Source of the DNA: Coriobacteriia bacterium | GTDB taxonomy: Bacteria; Actinomycetota; Coriobacteriia; Anaerosomatales; PHET01 | NCBI GenBank assembly: GCA_038202795.1 | Contig: JBBREQ010000003.1 | Coordinates: forward strand, 1-48,336 | Length of the DNA: 48,336 bases | Direction: 5' to 3' | In this document: piece after piece, positions 1 through 8,971 of the stretch | How positions within the stretch are numbered: position 1 is the stretch's first letter | How the letters are laid out: each line of letters begins with the position of its first letter | Made by a program: the position numbers and the translations under genes | The notes under the pieces: model-generated | Seen by the model: the letters and a program-made list of their open reading frames with translations, nothing else | What the model was told of the DNA's origin: nothing | Databases searched by the model: none

Positions 1-753
1 TCCGTTTCCGACGATGGTCGGGGAAGATATTCCCGATCCGAGACACCCAAAGGCGAGGTGTCGATGGGGGATGTGGCGTTGGATGCGACCATCAGGGCCG
101 CAGCCACCCGTGCCAGTGCGCACGCGGGCGCCCCGGGCGACATGGTGGTTGCCGTTCAACCGGAGGACCTGCGTACCAAGGTGCGCACCCGGAAGGTCGG
201 GGCATCGATCGTATTCTGTGTCGACGCGAGCGGATCGATGGGCTCGGACAAACGAATGGAAGCCGCAAAGGCATCGGTTCTCGATCTGTTGGTGGACGCG
301 TATCAGAAGAGGGACCGGGTCGCGCTTGTGTCGTTTCGAGGGAACAAGGCAGAAGTCGTGTTGGCCCCCACGGCGAGCGTGGAACTGGCGAACCTGAGGC
401 TCCGCACTCTGCCCACCGGAGGTGCTACTCCGCTTGCGGCTGGTATCACGACCTCGCTCGAGTTGCTGCGAAATGAGGTGAGACGTCAGGCTGACACGGT
501 TCCGTGGCTTGTGCTTGTGACAGACGGAAGGGGCAATGTGGGCCTGGATGGGGGTTCGGGAGGCGACGACGCCAGAGCCGCCGCAGAGCGCGTGCGACAG
601 GAGAAGGTGCATGCGATCGTGATCGACACAGCCTCGGGACCGAGCGGCGGCACGGCGGCGCGCGAGATCGCGCGACTTGCCGGGGGCGAGTACCTGAGAC
701 TCTCCGCTTCTGATGGTGCTGAGCTAGGTCGGATAGTTCGCAAGCGCATCTAG
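1..753 (+). CDS. Mg/Co-chelatase subunit D (ChlD/BchD-like), C-terminal vWA domain; 5'-truncated by window edge
   Basis: Frame is open from base 1 (SVSDDGRGRYSRSETP...DVALDATIRAAA). Has MIDAS motif DASGSM plus DAYQKRDRVALVSF, GGATPLA and VTDGRGN, typical of ChlD-type vWA domains. Confidence 0.8.
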   Translation, partial: SVSDDGRGRYSRSETPKGEVSMGDVALDATIRAAATRASAHAGAPGDMVVAVQPEDLRTKVRTRKVGASIVFCVDASGSMGSDKRMEAAKASVLDLLVDAYQKRDRVALVSFRGNKAEVVLAPTASVELANLRLRTLPTGGATPLAAGITTSLELLRNEVRRQADTVPWLVLVTDGRGNVGLDGGSGGDDARAAAERVRQEKVHAIVIDTASGPSGGTAAREIARLAGGEYLRLSASDGAELGRIVRKRI

Positions 754-754
754 T

Positions 755-781
755 TCAGTGACGCGTGTATCTTGCCGATAT
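755..781 (+). promoter_or_regulatory. Candidate sigma-28 (FliA/WhiG)-type promoter
   Basis: TCAG(755-758)-N15-GCCGATAT(774-781), close to the TAAA-N15-GCCGATAA consensus, upstream of the large surface protein. Confidence 0.4.
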
Positions 782-858
782 GATGAGGTGCACTCATTCA
801 TGAGCGCGGTGACTTGTATGCCGAGCAGCCTGTTCGGTGTGAGAGGAGTGGAGTTCGA

Positions 859-3800
859 ATGGTCCGTCACCTCAGACAGCTTCTTTCAGGAGTTCTAGCG
901 TTCATGCTGGTCTTCGCGGGCGCTCCTGCGTCCGCACTCGCGACGATCTACGAGCTAACTCCCGACGCGATCTCTTCGAGCACAAATCCCAGCGCCATCA
1001 ACAAGTACGAGTCTGTCTGGCGCGAGGGCTGGGGCAATGATCTCCTACCTTCGTTCAGTATCCAGATTCCTCAGCCGGCTGATGACCCGGCGGAGCCCGC
1101 CATCATCGGTGGCTATTACTACATCAACAGGCCCGGATCGCTACCGGCTACGATCAACGCCGGGTACTGGCCACAGTCCTATTGGGCTCCTGTCACCAAC
1201 CCGTCCACATGGAAGTTGTACACCGACATCCCCAGTGAGATTGCCAATCCGGGCCCGCTCTTCGACACGGCATGGGTGCCTCCCATCGCGCCCACTCGCG
1301 CCGTTGAGGGCCCCTACACGACGCAGTTCCAGTTCGTTGCCAAGGACACCACTACTGCGGCGGCGGCGTGGTTCCCGTACGGTATTGACGTGACTCCGCC
1401 GCAGAAAGTGACGGGGCTCCAAGCGATTCCCGGCGTTGGCGTTCTCTCTGTCACCGGCTGGCTCAAGCAGTCACGGGTGCTTCTCAAGTGGGATGACGTC
1501 AAGTACGACAGCCTGTCCGGCACGGGGTACTTCGAGGCGTTTCTCGATGGCGCGCCGTATCCCGTGGCGGTCGACGATCCTAGCGGTAGGCGCGTGTACG
1601 ACCTCAAGGAGCACTACCCCGGCTACGGCATGACGATCAACACCAAGCGCGAGATGGTCATCGAAGACCTGCCCGCCGGCACCCACACGCTACAGGTGCG
1701 TGCAGTCGACAGGGGTACCAATGCTGGTCCGTTGTCGGATCTCGTCGTAATCCAAGTCGATCCTGATGTTCCGGCTATCGCGATCGCGGCTCCTGAGGTC
1801 GACGGTGAACGGCTGGGTGCAAAACCGACCTTCCGTGCCACGGTGACGGACCGCGGCGGTGTTGCCAGCGTCGCCTTCAGCGTCGACGGCGTTGTGAAGG
1901 GCACTGACCTAGCGGCACCTTACGAGTTCGCAGACGACCTGAGCGCCTTGGCCGATGGGTCGGGTCACACGCTCAGAGTGACCGCGACTGACGTGGCCGG
2001 TCGGACCAACTTCGCTGAGAAGACATTCGTGATCGACAAGAAGCCCACTGTGAGCGTGGTTTCGCCCGCGTTTCCTGGTCAAGTTGTCTCGCCGCTTGTT
2101 CCCCTGAGGGTCTCCTACTCGGACAAGACGGGAGTGACGGGTGTCGTGTTCCGGGTCGATGGTGGCATCGTCGGCTCTGTCGTCCCGGCCTCAGGTCAGA
2201 CGACACAAGGAGTCTCAAGCATTCTCCAGCGCGCTGCGGCTGGCGCACACACACTGAGTGTCACTGTCACCAACGATGTCGGGGGGGTCGCCACGGTCAA
2301 TAGTAGCTTCAACGTTGACGCGACCAAACTGCCCGTTCTCGCTGACTACGTGTCCACGCCCTTGCCTGAGGGCCAGCTACCTGTCTGGTACAACACCGAA
2401 TACCCGACGTTCACAGCGATCACAGATGCTTCGGTGACCGACCCCACAGAGGTGCTCTACACCGTTGATCGTGCCCCGGGTACCGCTCTGAACCCGTTGA
2501 ATCCGAACGCGTATAGCGCGTCGTTTCGCACAGAGGCCGGCACGACGTATTTAACGGGTGTGGTGGATCAGAATGGCGTCTACCTGAGTAATCCCGGCCT
2601 GTTCGACGGAGCACTTCAGCTGCCTGGTGTCGCGCGACCCACCGAAGGCGTGTGGTACACCCACGCGGCTGTCAGGAACGCGCTCGGACAGTCCGGTGCC
2701 ACGGTCTCGACCGTCTACGGTATCGACCTGACGTCTCCGAACAAGGTGACAGGGCTCGCTGCCTACGCCAATGCCTCGACAGCGACTCCCGCAACGGGCT
2801 GGCTCCAGCAGACGCGTGCGGTGGTCAAGTGGAACGGTACGGAGCGCGACGCGCTGTCAGGCACCAAAGCCTACAACGTCTATCTCGACGGCGAGCGTAT
2901 CGGCGACGCAGGAGACAAGATCGCCTTCCAGCCCGGTCGTGCCACGATGTCACTCACCCTTGAGAACCTCGAGCCCGGTGGCCACAAGGTGACGATCACG
3001 GCGGTGGACCAGGCAGGCAACGAGAGTGCTGCGTCTGACCCGCTGTCGGTCAACATTTTCTCCACACCCAGCGTGAGGATCACCAATCCGGCGTCTGACG
3101 ACACGAACCTGCCCACGCCGGCCCCGCTGGTAGCGACGGTTCGTGACGCTGCCGGGATCTCGTCAGTGACGTTCACGGTGGACGGCAACCTCGTTAAGAC
3201 GTTCGCTCCCTCGGCGGCCGACCCGACGGTGCTGGTATGCCGTTCGAACGTGCCACTGGCGGACGGAGCACACACGCTCACTGTGCGGGCCACAAGCGTC
3301 TCAGGCCCTGTCACCACCGAGACCAGGACGTTCAAGGTCGATGCCGCACTTCCGCCGGAAGTCGATCCGCCCAGCGGCGGAGGCGACGACGACGGCGGAG
3401 GCCCCGTGGTTACGACGGCTTTCACCTGGTTCAACACGGCGTTTCCCACCTTCTCAGCGGTGCCGAGCAAGGTGCCTACCGAGCCAATCGAGCTGCTGTA
3501 TCTCGTGGATCGGTCGTCAGTGACCCCGATCGACTCGACGACTCCGAACCTCTACGACGCGTTCTTTGACGCGAAGGGCACCACCTACTTCAACGGCGTG
3601 ATCGATCAGTATGGTGTGTATCTGAGTGATCCTGGTGCCTTCGACGGCGCCATCCAGATGCCCGGGAGAGTCACCAGCCCCCTCGAAGGTGTGTGGTACA
3701 TCCATGCGCTCGCCCGTAACGCGGAAGGCGCCGGCGGTCCAATCACTCATGTGGGCTACGGCGTGGACCTGACCAGCCCCGCTGTGGTTGGCGGTGTGGC

Positions 3801-4764
3801 CGTGTACTCGAGCAGCTACGCGACTGCTCCCTTGAGCGAGGGCGTGCTTACGCAGAACCGTGCAGTGATCCGCTGGAGCGGAACTCAGCGTGACGCGCTG
3901 TCCGGCACGAAGTACTTCCTCGTCTACGTTGACGGTACGCCGCTTGGGGCCGACGGATCGATCCCGTATGAGGCCGGTCGCTCCGTCATGTCTCTGACGG
4001 TGGAGAACTTGGCGCCTGGTAAACACACCATCGAGGTGTCTGCCGTCGACAACGCTCTCAATGAGGGTCCCAAGTCCAGCGAGCTAGCTGTGTACGTGGA
4101 CACCGACGTGCCGCGCCTGTTCATCAACGCGCCTGCCACCGACGGCCTTCACTTGAGCGCACACCCGGTGGTATCAGCGCTGGCGACGGACAATGCGGGT
4201 ATCACAGATGTGGGCTTCGAGGTTGACGGCTCGCGGCTCGGGAACGTCACATCCGCCGCACCGCAGACTCAGTTCACGGCCACTAAGACCCTTGACTTGA
4301 GCGGGTTTGCCTCAGGAACACATACCCTCAGAATCACAGCGAGAGACGTTGCAGGGCACACAATCACCGCGACGCGAACCTTCGTGCTGGACAAGACAGC
4401 GCCCGTCATCTCGTCGGTGTCAGGTGCACCCAGTCCGTTCTTCCCGCGTAAACGTGATGGCTACAAGGACAACTTCAAGGTCAAGTTCAAGACCTCCGAG
4501 GCCGGGACGGCGAAGGTCGTCATCAAGAACTCCAGTGGTAAAGTCGTACGCACGCTGACCAAGAGCGTGGGCTCAGGCGGCCAGTACGTCTTGTGGAATG
4601 GGAAGCAGACCGCCGGGGCTGTGAAGTCGGGTACGTTCAAGTGGACTCTCACGATGACCGATGCTTCGGGAAATGCCCGGTCAGTATCGGCTCGTCGCGT
4701 GACTATCAAGTTCTACCAAATAGTGCGGACGGGATCCGCATCGGTGCGCATCGTATCCCGCTGA
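859..4764 (+). CDS. Large secreted surface protein with three repeated modules (FN3-like plus bacterial Ig-like domains) and a C-terminal FlgD-Ig-like domain
   Basis: ATG at 859 after GAGGAG. Signal peptide MVRHLRQLLSGVLAFMLVFAGAPASALA. Recurrent G.HTL.V.A.D..G.. Ig motifs. C-terminal IKNSSGKVVRTL...WNGK...G.VKSG motif. Confidence 0.75.
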   Translation: MVRHLRQLLSGVLAFMLVFAGAPASALATIYELTPDAISSSTNPSAINKYESVWREGWGNDLLPSFSIQIPQPADDPAEPAIIGGYYYINRPGSLPATINAGYWPQSYWAPVTNPSTWKLYTDIPSEIANPGPLFDTAWVPPIAPTRAVEGPYTTQFQFVAKDTTTAAAAWFPYGIDVTPPQKVTGLQAIPGVGVLSVTGWLKQSRVLLKWDDVKYDSLSGTGYFEAFLDGAPYPVAVDDPSGRRVYDLKEHYPGYGMTINTKREMVIEDLPAGTHTLQVRAVDRGTNAGPLSDLVVIQVDPDVPAIAIAAPEVDGERLGAKPTFRATVTDRGGVASVAFSVDGVVKGTDLAAPYEFADDLSALADGSGHTLRVTATDVAGRTNFAEKTFVIDKKPTVSVVSPAFPGQVVSPLVPLRVSYSDKTGVTGVVFRVDGGIVGSVVPASGQTTQGVSSILQRAAAGAHTLSVTVTNDVGGVATVNSSFNVDATKLPVLADYVSTPLPEGQLPVWYNTEYPTFTAITDASVTDPTEVLYTVDRAPGTALNPLNPNAYSASFRTEAGTTYLTGVVDQNGVYLSNPGLFDGALQLPGVARPTEGVWYTHAAVRNALGQSGATVSTVYGIDLTSPNKVTGLAAYANASTATPATGWLQQTRAVVKWNGTERDALSGTKAYNVYLDGERIGDAGDKIAFQPGRATMSLTLENLEPGGHKVTITAVDQAGNESAASDPLSVNIFSTPSVRITNPASDDTNLPTPAPLVATVRDAAGISSVTFTVDGNLVKTFAPSAADPTVLVCRSNVPLADGAHTLTVRATSVSGPVTTETRTFKVDAALPPEVDPPSGGGDDDGGGPVVTTAFTWFNTAFPTFSAVPSKVPTEPIELLYLVDRSSVTPIDSTTPNLYDAFFDAKGTTYFNGVIDQYGVYLSDPGAFDGAIQMPGRVTSPLEGVWYIHALARNAEGAGGPITHVGYGVDLTSPAVVGGVAVYSSSYATAPLSEGVLTQNRAVIRWSGTQRDALSGTKYFLVYVDGTPLGADGSIPYEAGRSVMSLTVENLAPGKHTIEVSAVDNALNEGPKSSELAVYVDTDVPRLFINAPATDGLHLSAHPVVSALATDNAGITDVGFEVDGSRLGNVTSAAPQTQFTATKTLDLSGFASGTHTLRITARDVAGHTITATRTFVLDKTAPVISSVSGAPSPFFPRKRDGYKDNFKVKFKTSEAGTAKVVIKNSSGKVVRTLTKSVGSGGQYVLWNGKQTAGAVKSGTFKWTLTMTDASGNARSVSARRVTIKFYQIVRTGSASVRIVSR

Positions 4765-4784
4765 TCGATACTCACACGCGTAGA

Positions 4785-4819
4785 CGACGGCCGGTCCCTG
4801 AACTCGGGGCCGGCCGTCG
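4785..4819. terminator. GC-rich hairpin between convergent genes (probable terminator)
   Basis: CGACGGCCGGTCCC-TGAACTC-GGGGCCGGCCGTCG inverted repeat; no U-tract. Confidence 0.55.
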
Positions 4820-4831
4820 GGTCGCTCAGAG

Positions 4832-5184
4832 GTGGAGTGGGCCTGTAAGCGGGGTTCTGTCGTGAACGACCATCTATCTGGGACCAGCGTCGCCGCTGGC
4901 CTCAAGCGGGCGTACCCGAGCGAAGGCCGGGCCGGCCATAACCGCTCCTATTCGCCCTTGCTCCGGGTGGGGTTTGCCAAGCCGCCATGTCTCCATGGCG
5001 CTGGTGCGCTCTTACCGCACCGTTTCAGCTCTCCTCCGCCGAGTCGCCCCAGCGGGGGGTTTTCTTTTCTGTGGCACTTTCCGTCGCGTCACCACGCCCT
5101 GCCGTTAGCAGGCACCCTGCCCTGCGGAGCCCCGACTTTCCTCACGGTCCACAAGGGGCCGCGCGGCCGTCCAGCCCACTCCGC
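4832..5184 (-). ncRNA. rnpB: RNase P RNA (type A)
   Basis: Minus strand has GAGGAAAGUCGGGGCUCC near the 5' end, GGAAAGUGCCACAGAAAA, GAAACGGUGCGGUAAGAGCGCACC, UAGAUGG and ACAGAACCCCGCUUAC near the 3' end. P1 is GGAGUGGGC/GCCCACUCC. Confidence 0.97.
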
Positions 5185-5189
5185 TGGCT

Positions 5190-5198
5190 ATTGTAACA
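5190..5198 (-). promoter_or_regulatory. Extended -10 promoter of rnpB
   Basis: TG-T-TACAAT on the minus strand, about 5 nt upstream of the P1 5' end. Confidence 0.6.
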
Positions 5199-5287
5199 GC
5201 CGAGGGTATTGGCGCCCGCAACTCGCAATGGGTGCGGAATCGCGCACGGGTGGCCGAAAGAGTCACGGACGCCGAAGACTCCTGCGG

Positions 5288-6988
5288 TCAGGCCGTGCCC
5301 TGCCGCCCTTGCGCTTGCAGCTTCGCCCAGGTGTCTTTGAGCGTGAGAGTCCGGTTGAACACCAGCGCGTCGTTCGCTGAGTCGCGGTCGAGACAGAAGT
5401 AGCCGAGCCGTTCGAACTGAACGGTCTGGCCGACCGGCAGTTCGGCAAGGGATGGCTCGACGAAGCAGTGAGCGAGTACGGTCTCGGACTCAGGGTTCAA
5501 GTCCTCGAAGAGGTCGCGACCGCCCGAGCCCGGATAAGGCGCTGAGAAGAGGTGATCGAACAGGCGCACCTGGGCGGGGAGTGCGTGTGCTGCTGATACC
5601 CAGTGGAGTGTCGCCTTGGGGCGACGGCCGTCGGGGGCACTGCCGCCGCGCGTTGTGGGGTCGTACGTACAGCGCAGCTCAGTGATGGTGCCTTCGCTGT
5701 CCTTGACGACATCGTGACAGGTCACAAAGTAGGCGGAGCGCAGCCTGACCTCGCGGTTCGGCCCGAGTCTGAAGAACTTCTTGGGCGGGTCCTCCATGAA
5801 GTCATCTCGTTCGATCCAGAGTTCCCGGGTGAAGGGGACCTTCCGAGTCCCAGCTTCGGGGTCCTCGGGATTGTTGGGCGTATCCATCACTTCGACCTGT
5901 CCCTCGGGGTAGTTCTCGATGACCACTTTGAGTGGGTTAAGAACCCCGAAGCGGCGGAGGCACTGGCGATTGAGGACACTGCGTACGGCATGCTCGAGCA
6001 TCTCGATTTCGACCACGCTGTCGGCTCTTGCAACGCCGATCATCGCGGCGAAGTCGCGTAGCCCCTCGGCAGGAAACCCGCGCCGGCGCAGGCCCGAAAG
6101 GGTTGGCATACGGGGGTCGTCCCATCCACTGACGTGCCCCTCGTTGACGAGGCGCAAGAGGACGCGCTTCGAAAGGACGGTATGGGTGAGATTGAGCCGA
6201 GCGAACTCATACTGGCGCGGGCGGGAAGGAACCGGAAGGTTCTCGATGAACCAGTCGTAGAGCGGTCGATGGTCCTGGAACTCCAGAGTGCAGATGGAGT
6301 GTGTGATGCCCTCAATGGCGTCGGACTGCCCGTGGGCGAAGTCGTAGTTGGGATATACGCACCATTCAGCGCCTGTGCGCGGGTGATCCGTGTGGACGAT
6401 CCGGTAGATCACCGGGTCGCGCAGGTTGATGTTGGGCGAAGCCATATCTATCTTCGCACGCAGCACGCGCGCCCCGTTGGGGAACTCGCCTGTGCGCATG
6501 CGCGAGAAGAGGTCAAGGTTCTCCTCGGTGGATCGACCCCGCCACGGACTTTCCACGCCCGGTTCGGTCAGGGTACCGCGATGCTCACGAATCTCCTGGG
6601 CAGACAGATCGTCGACGTAGGCCTTGTCAGTCTCGATGAGGTGAACGGCCCATTCGTAGAGTTGCTCGAAGTAGTCTGACGCGTGGTACAGGTGCTCGCC
6701 CCAGTCGAATCCGAGCCAGCGGACATCGGTCATGATGGAGTCGATGTACTCCTGCTCCTCTTTGACCGGGTTGGTGTCGTCGAAACGCAGGTGACACCGG
6801 CCGCCGAACTCCTGGGCGATTCCGAAGTTGAGGCAGATGGACTTCGCGTGGCCGATATGGAGATAGCCGTTGGGCTCAGGGGGAAAGCGTGTGACGACCG
6901 ACTCATGGCGGCACTCACGAAGATCAGTCGCGACAATCTCGCGCAGAAAGTCGCTGCGTTCTGGTGAGGATGGCGTAGGCGTGTTCAT
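5288..6988 (-). CDS. glnS: Glutamine--tRNA ligase
   Basis: [54 protein letters not shown] and FNRTLTLKD. Start placed at ATG 6988, 8 nt below TG-C-TAACCT; alternative start 7006. Confidence 0.97.
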   Translation of the reverse strand: MNTPTPSSPERSDFLREIVATDLRECRHESVVTRFPPEPNGYLHIGHAKSICLNFGIAQEFGGRCHLRFDDTNPVKEEQEYIDSIMTDVRWLGFDWGEHLYHASDYFEQLYEWAVHLIETDKAYVDDLSAQEIREHRGTLTEPGVESPWRGRSTEENLDLFSRMRTGEFPNGARVLRAKIDMASPNINLRDPVIYRIVHTDHPRTGAEWCVYPNYDFAHGQSDAIEGITHSICTLEFQDHRPLYDWFIENLPVPSRPRQYEFARLNLTHTVLSKRVLLRLVNEGHVSGWDDPRMPTLSGLRRRGFPAEGLRDFAAMIGVARADSVVEIEMLEHAVRSVLNRQCLRRFGVLNPLKVVIENYPEGQVEVMDTPNNPEDPEAGTRKVPFTRELWIERDDFMEDPPKKFFRLGPNREVRLRSAYFVTCHDVVKDSEGTITELRCTYDPTTRGGSAPDGRRPKATLHWVSAAHALPAQVRLFDHLFSAPYPGSGGRDLFEDLNPESETVLAHCFVEPSLAELPVGQTVQFERLGYFCLDRDSANDALVFNRTLTLKDTWAKLQAQGRQGTA

Positions 6989-7086
6989 AAGGGACGAGGT
7001 TAGCATAGGACCGGCTGTTGCGGCGGATCTTGCGGGTTACATCCGTCGGGCAGAGGGGCGGTTGAGCCCAGCGATGCGCCTAACAC

Positions 7087-7131
7087 GAAACCCCCCTCGA
7101 ACAGGCAAGTGCGTGCCTGTTCGAGGGGGGT
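7087..7131 (-). terminator. Intrinsic terminator downstream of the tRNA pair
   Basis: Perfect 18-bp stem ACCCCCCTCGAACAGGCA / TGCCTGTTCGAGGGGGGT with a 6-nt loop and a short U-run on the minus strand. Confidence 0.8.
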
Positions 7132-7143
7132 CTCATCATATTC

Positions 7144-7220
7144 TGGTAGCCCGTACGGGATTCGAACCCGTGATCTCCGCCTTGAGAGGGCGGTGTCCTA
7201 AACCGCTAGACGAACGGGCC
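7144..7220 (-). tRNA. tRNA-Glu (anticodon CTC)
   Basis: Minus strand reads GGCCCGTTCGTCTAGCGG...CCGCC-CT-CTC-AA-GGCGG...GGTTCGAATCCC...ACGGGCT-A-CCA. Confidence 0.97.
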
Positions 7221-7225
7221 AAGCT

Positions 7226-7301
7226 TGGCAGGGGTACTAGGGCTCGAACCTAGACTCTTCGGAACCAGAATCCGACGTGTTGCCAGTTACACCATACCCC
7301 T
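7226..7301 (-). tRNA. tRNA-Gln (anticodon CTG)
   Basis: Minus strand reads AGGGGTA-TGGTGTAACTGGCAACACG-TCGGA-TT-CTG-GT-TCCGA...GGTTCGAGCCCTAG-TACCCCT-G-CCA. Confidence 0.97.
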
Positions 7302-7336
7302 GTACCTCGACTGCAGTGCGCCAGGCGCGAGACGGT

Positions 7337-7365
7337 ATCCTACCTACGCTCCTGGCAGGTGTCAA
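7337..7365 (-). promoter_or_regulatory. Housekeeping sigma promoter for tRNA-Gln/tRNA-Glu
   Basis: TTGACA-N17-TAGGAT on the minus strand. Confidence 0.8.
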
Positions 7366-7377
7366 CCCGACTGACGT

Positions 7378-8835
7378 TCACTCCACCGCCATTTGCAAGG
7401 CAGCCGCGATACGCGCCAGGGTGCGTTCCTTGCCGAGCAGCTCGAGCGATTCGAACAGCGGCAGCGAGACGGTCGTGCCGGTCACTGCCACGCGCACCGC
7501 CTGAAAAGCCACCTTCGCCTTGACCCCCGTGGTCTCGGGCACGGTCCTGAGCGCGGCTTCGATGTCTTCAGTGCGAAACTCCACGGCTGCGAGCGCTTCA
7601 AGGGCCGCAGAGAGCGCTGCTGCGGCACCGTCTTTCTCAAGTACCTTCTCTCGCACAGAGGGCTCGATCGTCGGCTCGGTGAACAGGAACGCGACCTTGG
7701 GGGCGATTTCGTCGAAGTGCTTGATGCGCTCGGCGACCAGTGGGACGAGCTTGAGGAACCACTCGCGGCTGGCGGCGAAGTCGGCCGCGGTGACAAATCC
7801 GGCATGCTCGAGCCAGGGCGCCATCGTGTCCACGAAGGTCTCAGCATCCATCTCACGGATGTAGGAGCCGTTCATCCAATCGAGCTTCTCAGGATCCCAC
7901 ACCGCCGGACTCGTGGAGACACGGGACAGGTCGAACTCACGAACCAGGGTCTCCCGGTCGAACAGTGTGGTCTCGCCGTCGAGCGACCAGCCGAGAAGCG
8001 ACAGGTAGTTCAAAAGGGCCTCGGGAAGGTAGCCCTCCTCGGCATAGGACTCGAGGGAAGTCGCCCCGTGGCGTTTGGACAACCGCTTTCCGTCTGCGCC
8101 GAAGATCATGCTCATGTGGGCGAACGCGGGTACAGGGGCGTCCAAGGCTTCATAGACGACGACTTGGCGCGGGGTGTTGGACAGGTGATCATCGCCGCGG
8201 ATGATGTGAGTCATGCCCATCGTCCAGTCGTCAACGACGGTGGCGAAGTTGTAGGTGGCGGTTCCGTCAGTGCGCATGAGAATGAAATCGTCCATGGCGT
8301 CACCCGGGAATCGGGTTTCTCCCCGAATGAGGTCGTTGACGATGATGTCGCCGCGGTCGCTCGGAACAGCAAGACGCCATACGTGAGGCTCACCGGCATC
8401 GATGCGCGCCATCGCGACGTCGGAAGGGATCGCGCGGCATGTCCGGTCGTACCCCGAGAAGCCGCCCTTGGCACGGGCGGTGTCCCTTCTCGCTTCGAGG
8501 GTTTCCGAGCTACAGAAGCAGGGGTACGCTCGGCCATTCGCCTTCATATGCTCGAGCGCCGGCTCGTATGTGTCGGCTCGCTGCGTCTGGTAGTACGGAC
8601 CGAAGTCCCCGCCGGTGTCAGGGCCCTCGTCCCAGTCAAGACCCAGCCAGCGCAACGACCTGAGGATTGCAGCGGTGTTCTCCTCGGTGGATCGCTCGAG
8701 GTCGGTGTCGTCGATACGTAGGACGAAGACTCCGCCATGGTGGCGCGCGAACGCCCAGTTGTAGATTGCGGTACGGGCGCCGCCGATATGGAGGTGGCCG
8801 GTGGGAGAGGGCGCGAATCGAACGCGGACGGTCAC
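7378..8835 (-). CDS. gltX: Glutamate--tRNA ligase
   Basis: RVRFAPSPTGHLHIGGARTA, LRIDDTD, HIIRGDDHLSNT and KRLSKR; anticodon domain RVAVTGTTVSLPLFESLELLG. Confidence 0.97.
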   Translation of the reverse strand: MTVRVRFAPSPTGHLHIGGARTAIYNWAFARHHGGVFVLRIDDTDLERSTEENTAAILRSLRWLGLDWDEGPDTGGDFGPYYQTQRADTYEPALEHMKANGRAYPCFCSSETLEARRDTARAKGGFSGYDRTCRAIPSDVAMARIDAGEPHVWRLAVPSDRGDIIVNDLIRGETRFPGDAMDDFILMRTDGTATYNFATVVDDWTMGMTHIIRGDDHLSNTPRQVVVYEALDAPVPAFAHMSMIFGADGKRLSKRHGATSLESYAEEGYLPEALLNYLSLLGWSLDGETTLFDRETLVREFDLSRVSTSPAVWDPEKLDWMNGSYIREMDAETFVDTMAPWLEHAGFVTAADFAASREWFLKLVPLVAERIKHFDEIAPKVAFLFTEPTIEPSVREKVLEKDGAAAALSAALEALAAVEFRTEDIEAALRTVPETTGVKAKVAFQAVRVAVTGTTVSLPLFESLELLGKERTLARIAAALQMAVE

Positions 8836-8937
8836 GGTCAGGACTCCTTAGAGCGCGTGTCAGATGTGGGTGACATGGTACCGCGTGCGCTGAGCGGGCG
8901 CAGCTCGTAGGCTTTCGCCTCCCCAACGGCAGGCACT

Positions 8938-8965
8938 TTGCTACCTTGGGTTCACGGGGTACACT
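8938..8965 (+). promoter_or_regulatory. Promoter for the SAM leader and metK
   Basis: TTGCTA-N16-TACACT, about 7 nt upstream of the riboswitch. Confidence 0.5.
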
Positions 8966-8971
8966 AGCCCC

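Noticed and set aside
4832-5380. 182-aa plus-strand ORF
   Set aside because: It is the antisense reading of the RNase P RNA gene and the glnS 3' end.
7010-7143. Possible integrative-element att site at the tRNA-Glu 3' end
   Set aside because: No integrase, and I saw no duplicated tRNA 3' fragment downstream of glnS.
7393-8721. 442-aa plus-strand ORF antisense to gltX
   Set aside because: Shadow ORF produced by high-GC codon bias; no recognisable motifs and fully overlaps a clear housekeeping gene.
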